Shown in pieces: positions 1 to 13,641 of a stretch of DNA of 64,000 nt. The stretch lies in NCBI GenBank assembly GCA_051294375.1, contig CM119269.1:12366981-12430980 (forward strand). Direction: 5' to 3'. The notes beneath the pieces were generated by a model. The model did not search any database. It was not told where the DNA came from and worked only from the letters and a program-made list of their open reading frames with translations. Made by a program: the position numbers and the translations under genes. The stretch is from Paraspadella gotoi. Its lineage: Eukaryota; Animalia; Chaetognatha. How positions within the stretch are numbered: position 1 is the first letter of the stretch; the number at the start of each line of letters is the position of its first letter.

Positions 1-1027
1 CTTTTCTTTTCTCTTTTTTTTCGTTTACTATCATAATTTTTTCCCAGTTTGGTTCTTTCTGTCTCTCTCTCTCTCTCTCTCTCTTCCTCATCTCTCGTCT
101 CTGCTTTCTCTCCTCTCCCTCCTCTTCCTTCATCTTCTCGTCTCCATTTTCCTCTCTCTCTCTCTCGATTCTGCCTTCAAAAAGAGGACGTCTTCATAAA
201 AACACGGGGGAAATCTTTTCAACTTTCACCCTTTCCTAAAATATAATTTCATAAAGAAAAGGCACGCGTAGAGGAGAGAGACGAACTACAGAAAAGGAGA
301 GGAGAGAGAAGAGAAGACAGAGAAAGAGAGACCGAGAAGATAGAAGATAAGGTAGAACAGTACGACTTTATTGCTTGCGAACTCATTTCCCATGATGCAT
401 TCTCAGACTTTTTATTTTATAAATACAAAAGCCATACTTGGGATTATTGCCTTTTAATCAAACTAGAAGTCTAATTCAACACACATCGAGTCATCTATGG
501 CATTATGTTCACACAATCATCTGTCGTCTCATCTACCTCGTCTTCTCCCTCCTCTCTCTCTCTTCTTCCTCTCTCTCTCTTTCTGTCATGCGGCTCACTC
601 ATCTCTTCCTCCTCTACTTCTCTCTCTCTCTTATCTCTCATTCCTAGCTCACTTTAAACCCATAGTTGGTATTTGCTTTTAAAACCATCCATCGTCTTTC
701 TGTTTTCCCCCCGTATCTCCATACGTCAATACGATCTGTCTGTCCATCTGTCTGTCCGTTGGCCCGTTTTCGGCCATCGTCCACTCAGTAAATTCGTTGA
801 AAAGCTTGGCCGTCTCCTTGTGACGAGCGTGCGAAGAAAAAATTCCAATTCTCTCGCGGTTCCTTCGTATTTTACGGTTCTATCGTAATTTAATTTGGTT
901 CCATCTTGATTTCATGACCTAAATTTAATTCTGTATCAACCAGATTCTATTCGTATCGTTTCCAAGTTACAAGTTTTATCCAATTTCAATCACGTTTCCA
1001 ACCTGATTCCAACACACATGGAGTTTC

Positions 1028-1307
1028 GATCCCGGTTCAATCCCGGTTCAATCCCGGTTCAATCCCAGTTCAATCCCGGTTCAATCCCGGTTCAATCCCG
1101 GTTAAAATCCCGGTTAAAATCCCGGTTAAAATTTCGGTTAAAATCCCGATTAAAATCCCGGTTCAATCCCGGTTAAAATACCGGTTCAATCCCGGCTCAA
1201 TCCCGGCTCAATTCCGGTTCAATCCCAGTTCAAGTCCGGGTAAAATACTGGTTCAATCCCGGTTCAATCCCGGTTCAATCCCAGTTCAAGCCCGGGTTCA
1301 ATCCGGG
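1028..1307. repeat. 11-bp tandem minisatellite (AATCCCGGTTC)n
   Basis: Directly visible head-to-tail units with minor variants (AATCCCGGTTA, AATCCCAGTTC). Confidence 0.95.
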
Positions 1308-1970
1308 TACCGTCTAGATTTCATCCTGATTCCATCCAGTATCCATCCCGGTTCTATCCAAAGTTTATAGCAATTCTATCCCAAGTCTATACCTTGTTCA
1401 ATTCCATCCTTGTTCTATCTCAGTCTATCAAGGCTACAACCTAGTTCTATCTTCTTTCTTTTTTTTTTCCTTTACTCCCCTTTTTCCCTCTTTGCCTCCT
1501 CCCATCTTTTTCAACTCCTGTATTTTCATGTTAAATTCTTTCTTTCTTTTTTTAATATTATTTTCTTTTTCCTTCGTCCATTTTTCTTTTTTTTTTTCTC
1601 TCTTTTGATTCTTTTTTTCTTTCTCTCTCCACTGTTGATTCTTTCATTACCTATTTTCTACTTTTTTTCTCTCTTCCACTCTTTCCCTCTTTTTCTCTCT
1701 TTCTCCTCTCCCTTTCTCTCTTTACCTCTCTTTTTCTCGCTTTTCCTTTCTCTTCTTTTCTTTTTCTTTCTTTTTCTTCTCTCTTCCTCTCTTTACCTCT
1801 CTTTTTCCTCTCTTTTTCTTTCTTTACCTCTCTTTTTCTCTCTTTTCCTTTCTCTTCTTCTCTTTCCCCTCTTTTTTCTCTCTCTTCTCTTCCTCGATCT
1901 TTCTCAGGGGATATTCCTTCTTTCTCAACCGCGAAGGGTATAATATATTGGTTGCAAGTTGGAGGCGGGA

Positions 1971-2047
<77 letters not shown>

Positions 2048-2706
2048 AGAGAGAGAGAGTGGTAGAGGGGTTTAAGGGAAATAGAGGGTTTCAGGAGAAA
2101 AGAGGTTTTAAGGGTAAACGGTGGTTTGAGTTGTTTAGTCGAAGTATCTTTGGGGAAGTTTAGGTAAGTTTAGTTAAAATTGGAGGCGACATAAGACGAT
2201 ATATTATTTAAAGAGATGATAACGGAAAAGTAAGTTAGGAGGACTAGGTTTAGGAGGAGGAGGAGGAGGAGGAGGAGTATAAATGCGAAAGAGGCGCAGC
2301 ATGAGACAAAGGCAGAATAAAAGAGAAAAGAAAACGTAGAGAGAAATAGAAAAAAAAGAAAGAAAAAGAAAGAAAAGGAAAGAAAGTTTCGGACGAGGAG
2401 TAATTCTGAGAAATCAGCGGGAGAGGAGGAGGAGCTGAATTGACCGAGAGAGGCCGCTTCAAGAGCGACTCCAATAAAAGGACAAAGAGGAGCAAAGAAA
2501 GGTCGCAGCTATCATTGCTCCAACGGCAGCTCCAGGCCCGCTCCTGGAAAAGTCGTGTTTTGAAAGAATTAAAAAGCGGTGACGAGCAAGCATTGGACGT
2601 TGGAAAGAAAGCTTGCTCGGTCTTTTCTTGGGAGAACTAGTTGCGTTATTGAGGGATTTTGAGTGCAAATGTTATTGGCGAGCAAGCAGTGTTCGGAGGA
2701 AAGGAC

Positions 2707-2844
<138 letters not shown>

Positions 2845-2999
2845 ATATATGTAAATTGTTCGGCTCTCTTAATTTTAATCTTAGTATTTACCCTAAATAT
2901 ATTTTTAAACTTATAAACGAATCCCTAATCCTTTCACAGTATTACGTCGTTCGATCCGAAAAGGGGAAGAAGCGGTAAGGGGAGGGAGGGGGACGTCTA

Positions 3000-3932
3000 C
3001 ATCGTGACAATTTTACAAGCGCCGGTAGAAATATGCTGTCATTTGCAAACCAGTGGTTATTTCATTGATTTTAAAAATTAGTTGAGTAGAAAATACTAAA
3101 ACTATTTATGTGTTAAAATTTTATATTCATCAGTTAAGGTATGCCTTGACAATGAGTGGAGAAAGTTGGCTTGTAAAATCGGGTTTCATTTTCCAACTCA
3201 CTGTTTTTAAATTCAATTTTTTTTTTACTTTTAGCACTTTTTTAAACAAAGTATTTATTAAAATATTAAAAATATTAACATCCTCAGAAAGCCCTTAAAA
3301 ATATGAAGAGAATGATATACTTACGAAAGCTCTAACATAAAAAGTGAGCTGCCCAGCCTTGGTTCAATTAAGAGTGTCAAAAGTGAATTATTTAAAATTT
3401 TAAATCTTTTTTCAAAATATATGACCTGTTTAAATTATTATAACATAAAATATTATTATTTATATAATATCATAATATATAATATCACAATTTGATAAGT
3501 ATCATAAATTTATTCTCCAGCTATTGATTTTTAAAAAGATGTCTTGTTTTTGAGTATCCTAATTAAATTAAAGCTGGGCCAGTTAAATTTTATACTACAG
3601 TATTTGTCAGTACGTCATTCTTATTAGATTTGAAAGGGCTTTCAGAAGATAATATAATTAACATTATTTTATTTCATATTTCTTCAGAAAACTTACTGAA
3701 AGTAAGAGAAAAAAATTGAATCTAAAAAAAGTGAGTTGGAAAATGAAACCTGATTTTACAAGCCAACTTTCTCCACTCATTGTCAAGGCATATCTTAACT
3801 GATCAATATAAAATTTTAACACATAAATAGTTTTAGTATATTCTACTCAACTAAATTTTAAAATCAATGAAATAACCACTGGTTTGCAAATGACAGCGTA
3901 TTTCTACCGGCGCTTGTAAAATTGTCACCATG
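3000..3932. mobile_element. Non-autonomous Tc1/mariner-type MITE, copy 1
   Basis: ~200-bp terminal inverted repeats (CATCGTGACAATTTTACAAGCGCCGGTAGAAA... / ...TTTCTACCGGCGCTTGTAAAATTGTCACCATG), TA on both sides (2998-2999, 3933-3934), no transposase ORF; second copy at 7665-8593. Confidence 0.9.
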
Positions 3933-3942
3933 TATGTCTTAA

Positions 3943-4408
3943 TCAGCATCATCATCGTCATCAATATCATGATCATCATCATCATGATCATCATCATCAA
4001 CATTATTATCATCATCATTATCATCATGATCATCATCAACATCATCATCATCATCATCATGATCATCATCATCAACATTATTATCATCATCATCATCATC
4101 AACATCATTGTCATCATGATCATCATCATCAACATTATTTTCATCATCAATTCATCGTCATCATCATCATCATCATGATCATAATCATCATCATCATGAT
4201 CATCATCATCAACATTATTATCATCATCATTATCATCATCATTATCATCATCATGATCATCATCAACACCATTATCATTATCATCATCATCATCATCTTC
4301 ATCAACATCATTCTCCTAATCATGATCATCATCATCAGCATCATCATGATCATCATCATCATCATCATCAACATTAATATCATCATCATCATCATCATCA
4401 TCATCATC
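3943..4408. repeat. Compound (CAT)n microsatellite
   Basis: Visible CAT/TAT/GAT triplet array; explains the poly-Met and poly-Ile ORFs. Confidence 0.95.
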
Positions 4409-5327
4409 GTTCCCGACGATCGTGTTGCCGTTTAAACTCGATACTTTTTAATCAGCGTCGACAGAATTTTTGTTGTGAAGAAAGAGAGAAAAACGAAATG
4501 TGTTGCGCCACAGTAACTTTATATTCCTGTGCATTTCTCTTTGATCACATAAGACAAAACATGACATCACATGACAAGACTAACAAACTTTCTTTGCCCG
4601 TCTATTTATGACATGCACTGCATCAAAATTTCGTCTTTTATTCCTTATAGTTTTAGCATTTCCTGAAGGCGGCGCGAGCAATCCCATAGATTTGAGGGTT
4701 TTTTATGTCTTAACAAATGAGCAACCAACCATAGGCAAATTATGTGAATTATTATAGTAACTGGGACAGATAGATGAACAGACATACCGACCAACCGACA
4801 GACCGACTGAAAAGTGACTTAAAAATATGCGATTTGACGTCATCCTCGTTTTCGTCGTCGTTATCGTCGTCGTTATCGTCGTCGTTTTCGTCGTCGTTAT
4901 CGTCGTCGTTATCGTCGTCGTCGCCGCTCCAGTCCAATATAAGAGTCATTTGTTATCTTCTTATTTCAAACTTTTACCTTGAAGCAAAAGTGATAACCAC
5001 AACGCCTAAAGCCTTAAACAAATAGTTCTTTCCATTTGACGAAAACGCTTTTAAAAAACTTTGATTTTATTTTTTCTCACTCAACAAGTTGTGATATAAA
5101 TCCTTGTAGTAGTAAAATTACTATGATTTTTCGCTATGATTTCGTTATTTCCCTATTTTCATTACTCTTTCAATTCCAGTTATATATATTTAAACGATTA
5201 TAAACGCAATCCATGAGGAGTTGGAATACATAAAATCTTTACATTTACTGGATTAAAATAATTCGAGTTCCGACGACGACACCATTTCTTCGAAAAGCTC
5301 TCACATTTCTAAGAAAAGCTCTCGTAA

Positions 5328-7588
5328 TTGACAACGACAACAACTTCAACGCGGCTGAGAATAATAACAGCAACAAGAGCGATCGCCTTCGCCACGACGA
5401 CGCCTCCGCTCCACCGCCGCGCCCGCTTCCGCCCTCTTGTCCGCCTCTGGAGTCTCTGGGCGGCGGCGGCGTTTTTGGCGTCCTTGGCGGCGACAACGAC
5501 CGACGCCCCCCCGCGGAAAGACCAGCGGGGGGGCGTCGAGGAAAGGAAAAGGTAAGGAAGGGTGAGGTGGATCAATCTCTCTCTCTCTCTCTCTCTTCCA
5601 TAAGCCTTTCTCTCTTTCTCTCTATCCTTTCTTTCTGTTTTCTTTCCGTGTTTCTTCCTTCTCTCTCTCACTCTCTCACTCGCTCCCTCTCTCGCTCTCA
5701 CGTGCAGTGAATTAGGGAAGAAGAATAATCGATCTTTCGAGTCACAAAAGTCGCAAAAACCTCGAGATTATGAGAATAATAATGAGCACGTGACCAAAAA
5801 GAAATTAAAGAGATGGAAAAAAAATAACATCGCAAGGATAAGAAAAAGAATAAATCAATTAGGAAATTAAAATGTTGTTAGCGTCAAGATGTTCCTCTTA
5901 TTTGCTTAATTCATATGTCTATATAAAACGTAAAGTACAATTGTTATTACTTTCTTTTCTCATTCTGATCATAACTTCTTGAATCAATCAATGAATAAGA
6001 ATATTTAAACTTCAACCCTTAAACTTATCTAAAAATTCTCGTTTATGAGTTTGAGGAACATGCATCGGCAGACATAAAAAACATCCTTTATTCATGAATT
6101 TTTTCCTTAATAAATTCAAATAATTGAGGAAACGCGAATTCCGTTTGAACATTTTTTTCGGGCATCGACTCTGGCAGCTCTCCACCACTCGTGATGCGTG
6201 AACATTGGCAATGATTTACAAATTGAGTGACTCTGAACTCGAGACTTCCATAAAATTATTAATAATTATACTATTGTCAGCTCACTGTTAGTCTTGCTGT
6301 TTAAACAGATGCACAATAGACGTACATCGTTTTATTTCGCGCCCTTTGATGCGTTTCGCAATGTGTTTTCTATCCCTTCGGCTTCCAATCCTTCTTCGCA
6401 TAGGTCCCGTCTCGTTTGTCCTCAGTCCGCTTCAGCCTTCCCCGTTATAATCGTCCGCTTATCCCCTTCTTCCTCTGCCTCTTTATCTTTCTCCCCTCGC
6501 ACTCCTTTACTCTTACTCTCGTCTTATCTTCCGTTCATCGCTTTCTTACTCTCGTCCTCTATTCTCCTTCCGATTCCTTTTCCTCCATCTCTCTTTTATC
6601 ATTGCCACGTCCCTCGTCATACTCCGCGTATGTAAACTTCTTACTACTCGTATATCCTTACTCTCTTTTATTCTTATCCTTTCTTCGCACTTCTCTTCTC
6701 ATCCGTCTACTCTACTCTATCTTCCTTTCACGTCCTTCTACATCCTCCACTCACTTGTATCCTTGCTTATCCCTTTCTTTATCTTCCTCTCTCTTATCTC
6801 TCTTATCTTCTTCATCCCTTCACCTCTCTCTTTTATCTTCCTTCAATCCCTTTCTTCCTCTCTCTTATCTTCCTTCATCCCTTTCTTATATCTCTTTATT
6901 CTTCCTTCATCCCTCTTTCTCCTTTCTCTTATCTTTCCTTCATCCTTCTTTCTCTCTCTTTACTCTTCATCCCTTCTTCTTCTCTTTATCTTTTCTTCCT
7001 TCTCTCTCTCTTTTACTCTCTCCTTTATCTTCCTTCATCCCTTCCTTTCTCATTCTCTTTTCTCTTCATCTCCCTATTCCTTCCCTCTCTTTCTCTTCCT
7101 TCATCCCTTCTTTCCTCTCTTTATCTTCCCCTCCCTACACAAACTCTCTCTCGTCCCCCTCTCCCTCTCCTCACTCTCTCTCTCCCTCTTTTCTCCCTCT
7201 TTTCCCTCTCTCTTTCTCTCCCTCACTCTCTCTCCCTCCCTCCTCATCCCCTTCTCCCTCCCTCTCCTCTTCTTCTCTCTCTTTCTCCTCCCTCCTCCTC
7301 CCTCCCTCCCCCCTCCCTCCCTCTTCTCCCTCTCTATCTCCCTATTTTCCGCTCGATCTCCTTTATTGCAGCGCGGATTCCTCTTTCGTCTTTTCCTCGA
7401 TTCTTAGCGACAGAATCTTTTGTGTTCTTCCCGGTTTTTTTCCTACAACAATAACAAAAATAGATAAATCAAACTATTCAGTTAAAAATATTAAACGTAA
7501 TAATTCACAGTGTATTGATTGCTGTGAATCTAACCTTTTTCCCGACGTAAAAAATAACAATTCTTCAATATTTGTCGAAAAGGACACC

Positions 7589-7641
<53 letters not shown>

Positions 7642-8669
7642 GCCTATTTTTTTCTTCACTGTTACATGGTGACAATTTTACAAGCGCCGGTAGAAATACG
7701 CTGTCATTTGCAAACCAGTGGTTATTTCATTGATTTTAAAATTAGTTAAGTAGAAACTATTAAAGTCATTTATGTGTTCAAATTTTATATTGATCAGTTA
7801 AGATATGCCTTGACAATGAGTGGAGAAAGTTAGCTTGTAAAATTGGTTTCATTTTCCAATTTTTTTCTCTTACTTTCAGTAAGTTTCTGAAGAAATTGAA
7901 ATAAAATAATATTAATATTATTTTCTTCTGAAAGCCTTTCAAATCTAAAGAGAATGACATACTTACAACTACTGTAGTATAAAATTTAACCAGCCCAGCT
8001 TTAATTTAATTAGGATACTCAAAAACAAGACATCTTTCCAAAAATCATAGCTCTAGAGTAAATTTAGGATTTTATTCAAATTGTGATTGGCTATCTTAAA
8101 TCTCTTTTTCAGGCTCTTTCATGATAGTTATATAAGTAATAATATTTTATGTTATAATAATTTAATAGGTCATATATTTTAAAATAGATTTAAAATTTTA
8201 GATAATTAACTTTTGACTCTCTTAATTGAACCAAGGCTGGGCAGCTTAATTTTTATGTTAGAGCTTTCGTAAGTATATCATTCTCTTCATTTTTTAAGGG
8301 CTTTCTGAGGATATTAATATTGTTAATATCTTAATAAATACTTTGTTTAAAAAAGTGATAGAAGTTGAAAAAAAAAATAAATTTCAAAACAGCGTGTTGG
8401 AAAATGAAACCGGATTTTACAAGCCAACTTTCTCCACTCATTGTCAAGGCATATCTTAACTGATCAATATAAAATTTGAACACATAAATGACTTTAATAG
8501 TTTCTACTCAACTAATTTTTAAAATCAATGAAATAACCACTGGTTTGCAAATGACAGCGTTTTTTTACCGGCGCTTGTAAAATTGTCACCATGTAGATTA
8601 AAGCTTCAGATTTCTTTCGATGTCGTCTGAAATTCGATCTAGATAAAAAGAAATAAAAAGATAAAAAAA

Positions 8670-8734
<65 letters not shown>

Positions 8735-10526
8735 AAAAGGAAAGAAAGAAAGAAACAAAAAGAATAAAAGAAAGAAATAACAGATCTCAGCATAAGATAA
8801 CAAAATAAAGTTTTCTCTTGGTAAGTTTTACTCCATCGCCCAATTCCCTTACCTTCCCAGATTCGCCAACCCGCCCGTCGCCTCTACTTCGCATCCACCT
8901 CACCTTCGAACGCCGCCTTTTCTCAACTCGCCTCACCTCGCCGAACGCCGCTTCCGACCCCGTCGATTCTCGGCTCCGCAGGCGCCGCCCCCGCTGCCGC
9001 GGCGCCGTTACTTTCCTCGCCCCACTTGCGATCTGCGGCGGGAATTTCGCTGCGGCGACGGAAAATGCATCGAAGCGAGAAAATATTGCGATGGAACTGA
9101 TGATTGTTGGGATGGAACCGACGAGTTCCGCTGCTCGGGTGAGTTAGAAGATGGAGAGTGAAATTTTGGGAAAGTTTGAAGTTGGAAGAGACGAAAGTGT
9201 TTGTTGAGAGAAATCGTCGGTTAAAGATGAAAAAATGAGAGAATGAATGAATGAATGAATGAATGAATGAATGAATGAAATTTGAGATAGAAATGACAAA
9301 TATAAAACAGAAAAAGAAATAGAAATTAGAGATAGAAATGATGAATATAAAACAGAAGAAGAGATAGAAATGACGAATATAAAACAGAAAAAGAAATATA
9401 AATTTGAGATAGAAATGACGAATATAAAACAGAAAAAGATTAGAAATTAGAGATAGAAATGACGAATATAAACAGAAAAAGATTAGAATTTAGAATAGAA
9501 ATGATGAATATAAAACAGAAAAAGATTAGAATTTAGAAATAGAAATGACGAATATAAAACAGAAAAAGATTAGAATTTAGAGATAGAAATGACGAATATA
9601 AAACAGAAAGAGATTAGAATTTAGAGATAGAAATGACGAATATAAAACAGAAAAAGATTAGAATTTAGAGATAGAAATGACGAATATAAAACAGAAAAAG
9701 ATTAGAATTTAGAGATAGAAATGAACGAATATAAAACAGAAAAAGATTAGAATTTAGAGATTATAAATGCACGAATATAAAACAGAAAAAGATTAGAATT
9801 TAGAGACAGAAATGACGACATCGACTTTTTTCTCATCACATCGACTTCGATTTCCTGAGAAAATTAAATAAAAATCGATCTTATGAGGTCGACAGTCGAC
9901 CTGGTGATACGAAACCAAAAATTCGGGGAAAAAATCAATAAATTGACGAGACAAAAAGTTGAAGGAACTAAATTTTTTAGCTTCACTTTTCACCAAATTA
10001 TATTAGGTTTTATGTCTAGAAAGACGGAGAGGGCGTTAGAAGTTCTCGCTCGTTAGACTCTCAGTCCAATTGTGAAAGTAGAAGCAGGAATTGGGGATAT
10101 TTTATGGGTTCACGATTTTGAGGAGAAAGGTTCGAAAGACAGTAATAACCGATGGTCGGTCGTTGAGAAATGAGTCTCGCCGAATAAATATGAGACTTTT
10201 TTTCAGCTTTTAAAATATGCTAGACTCGTTAGCTGAAGAAATGTGCAAAGGAATTTCATGGCGCCGAATCATTTTAAGCATCAAATCTGCTATTAATTTG
10301 CTATAAAGGAAACAACAGCAGGTTAAATTTGGGGGAAAAAAAATTGGCACCTTTTATGAAGTGGATTGAGTATTTCGTAGCTAATCGTCATCCCGGCTTT
10401 CGGGAATTCGTCCAATCAGGCGTCCGGAAGTTCGAGACGACGACCAATCACAGAACGAGTTTTTTATGGTCTTCGTATCTCATCGACGGCGACAAAGGAA
10501 TTATCTTCAGTCGTAATAAATATTAA
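5328..10526 (+). CDS. Predicted small secreted protein with a single LDL-receptor class A module; exons ~5328-5551, 8861-9138, 10381-10526 (start codon not located)
   Basis: 9027-9134 encodes [36 protein letters not shown] (six Cys plus the acidic DC.DG.DE motif of LDLa). Exons have GT-AG ends and matching phases (2, then 1). The first segment has a hydrophobic stretch [19 protein letters not shown]. The LDLa exon is secure; the flanking exons are inferred from phase only. Confidence 0.7.
6620..7345. repeat. Polypyrimidine low-complexity tract (intronic)
   Basis: Almost exclusively C/T; source of the 418-aa and 214-aa S/L/P/F ORFs. Confidence 0.9.
7665..8593. mobile_element. Non-autonomous Tc1/mariner-type MITE, copy 2 (inverted relative to copy 1)
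   Basis: Same TIRs as 3000-3932, TA at 7663-7664 and 8594-8595; the interior matches the reverse complement of copy 1. Confidence 0.9.
9280..9820. repeat. ~41-bp tandem minisatellite (AGATAGAAATGACGAATATAAAACAGAAAAAGATTAGAATTT)
   Basis: About 13 visible head-to-tail units, preceded by (GAAT)n. Confidence 0.93.
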
Positions 10527-10559
10527 TGAAAAATGGCGACGAAGTTCTCTCCGTCTTTT

Positions 10560-10604
<45 letters not shown>

Positions 10605-10715
10605 AGGTTCGTCCATTAGTCTACTTTCCTTTTTCCCAAGTGAGAATATCATGTTCATTGTTCAGTTGTCTCTTTGCTCGGTTTACCTATATCTTGAAAA
10701 CTATCATATTAGTGA

Positions 10716-11195
10716 ATATTAATCTGTAGTTATTTTTCTTTTTTTACAAATATAGTAGCCCAGTCAGCTTATTTTGTACATAGTACTACCCTTATATAAT
10801 GTCAAAATTTCAAAATTTTTTTTTTTTTAATTCTGAGAACAGATTCAGATTCCTCGTGAAAATTTGATAAAAGAAAATATAAACGTTTTTTTTAAATTAC
10901 AAAAAACTATATTTTTAAGCTGGAAATTGAAAATTGGCCCTTTAAATTTAATTTTTTACATTTTTGACCAAAGAATTTTGAAAAAAAGAATTATACTTTC
11001 TTATATCTTATAAGGAATCCAAATTCGATCTTAAAATTTAAAAAAATGTATTTTGAAATTGTAGCCTATTATATACTTATTAGTTATTACTATATATAAA
11101 TAAAGCTCACTGGTGCCCACTAATATATAAAATTAAAAAGCAAATTTAGCAAAATATTTTTATTGGTTTTTATTTTATCATTTTCACATCACTCT
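10716..11195. repeat. Dispersed AT-rich repeat family (related copies reverse-complemented at ~20030-20525 and ~30228-30690)
   Basis: Shared blocks, e.g. GTAGCCCAGTCAG..TATTTTGTA.ATA.TACTACCCTTATATAAT.TCAAAATTT and TCTGA.AACAGATTCAGATTCCTCGT. Confidence 0.75.
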
Positions 11196-11351
11196 TCTGG
11201 ACATACTAGTACATTGTAGACATACTAGTACATTGCGGACATTATACGCTTCTAATCAGTACTAAAACTTTTCTCCAAGGTCGCTTCGTGAGAACAGTGA
11301 ACCATTTCAGTCATCCACTGAACATTCTGAACACACATTCTTCGTCCTCGG

Positions 11352-11400
<49 letters not shown>

Positions 11401-11679
11401 ATTTCTTATCTTAATGTGAACTCCAGATACACCCGAGCGTCATTTCTCTTTTAAGACCAAGCAATAGAAACAAGCATTTTTGACTGCTGAAACAATTTCT
11501 ATGTTCATTTTAGCTTTCACTTGGGTAATTCTTGAAACAAATTATTAAATTTTGTTTAATTTTACTTTGTTTAGGCGGATAACAATTACAACAACATTTT
11601 ATTTTATTATTCAAAATATTAATTATTTGATTATGATCATTATTGTATAACTTTTCTCACGCCGCCCATTTTTTGCTTT

Positions 11680-11738
<59 letters not shown>

Positions 11739-12054
11739 CCACACTCGTTTTAGTCGACGATTTGTTTACTTTAACTGCGTGGAATTTTTAGTCTCTTGAG
11801 AATCGTAAAATAAGAAGAAGAAAAGATTTATATCTGTGTTGTGACTTTCTTTGTTTTAGATAAAACTCTTTTTCTTTTTTTTATTTCTCTCTTTCTTTCT
11901 TTCCTTCTTTATCTCCTTCTTTCTCTCTTTCTTTCTTTCTTTCTTTCTCTCTTTATTTTTTTCTTTTTTCTTTCTTTCTTTTATATCTGTTCGGTGACTT
12001 TCTCTCTAACTCTTTTTCTTTCTTTATTTCTTTCCTTCTTTCTTTCGGTATTTT

Positions 12055-12125
<71 letters not shown>

Positions 12126-12434
12126 GCGCTTTGCCCCTTTCCCATGGAAACCAATAAATACAAAATTCATGATATTTCTCATTGCTTTTCGTATTGTCTG
12201 TCTTCCCAGTTTCAGTTTAAATTTACATAAAAAAAATCTTTTAAAACCTTCAACTGGGTAAAGAAGTAATATTTCAAGTTGAGCATACATATTATGCATA
12301 TAAACTCAGACTACACTAATGTATAATGAGATAAAGATATTATGAGGTTAACGAAAAAGTAAAAAAAAAACATTATATTATATATTATTATATATTATAT
12401 TGTACCAATTTCATCTAAGCGCAATGTTAAATGA

Positions 12435-12472
<38 letters not shown>

Positions 12473-12473
12473 G

Positions 12474-12522
<49 letters not shown>

Positions 12523-13109
12523 GGAGTTAGTCCGGCCAATAAATTTTCATTCTACAAGCTTTCGGGAAACGGGCGCGACCAGAGAATCTTAAATTCTTGT
12601 TTTTTTAGTCTCAGCACCAAAGATACTTTAAAGTCTATCTGTCTGTCTGTCTGTCTCCTTAGAATAGTTAGCAATATTAATTTAATAATATTTTTTATTA
12701 TATATTTTATTACTTAAATTTATAAACTAAGAATCATACATTAAAGCTAGTTTTTTAAAGTTTTATTAAGTTACCAGAATATAAATTAAGCTTGAAACCA
12801 AATAAATTTAGACAACTTTATTGTAAACAATGTTCTTCTCACCATATGTAACATGAATAAATATGAAAGACTGAATAATATTTGTACAATGTACATATAT
12901 TTACAACAATATACGGCAGATGGGAAGTAAAAAAAAGGTTTATTAAAAAAGATATAATGAAAATCAAAAGCATACAGACTTTTTTTAACTTAAAACTTTC
13001 ACACATTGCATTAGTTATATTAATTACGAATTTAAGGTAGATGAAATACTTTTTTTATAATTCAAGAAAATATTCTTATGAAAAGAGTGAATCCGTAACA
13101 GTAAAACAA

Positions 13110-13590
13110 TCAGTGTTTTGCTGCGTATCTCGGCTCTACGAATTCTCTTCTTACGCCTGCCGGTTTCCCGTCCGGAGTGTAATACTCTTCTAAGAGTTCA
13201 TAGCTTTGCGGCATTCGATACACTCCTGTATCCGGGTATACTGCAGGCTGACTTCCCGCAATCGAATAAACGCCTCCTTGGTCTTCGACAAAAACCTCCT
13301 GAATGAAAATATGGTAAATATTAAATATTAAATATTAAATATTAAATATTAAATATTAAACATTAAATATTAAATATTAAATAGTAGCTTTTCATTTACA
13401 AAACCCTTAAATTATTTTTAACAGTCTTTGTTTTCATATTACATAGTTTACAATTTAATGTTTTTTTAGTTAGGAAAAAACTAAATCGGACGCTAGCAAA
13501 ACTTATTTGATCTGACAAACTTACTTGCGGAAAGTCAAAGTAACCGTAGTTCTCCGCCGGCACTAGAACAGATTTTCTTCCTGATAGAGA

Positions 13591-13641
<51 letters not shown>

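Noticed and set aside
730-2570. Minus-strand secreted or neuropeptide-like gene (signal-like LLLFVLLLESLL; RRRPSF motif)
   Set aside because: Requires an assumed frameshift, has no convincing splice chain and lacks an amidation signal.
6416-7672. Longest ORF in the track (418 aa)
   Set aside because: Open only because the polypyrimidine tract lacks stop codons; intronic under the LDLa model.
9280-9820. CRISPR-like periodic array
   Set aside because: Head-to-tail repeats without unique spacers, in a eukaryotic context with no cas genes.
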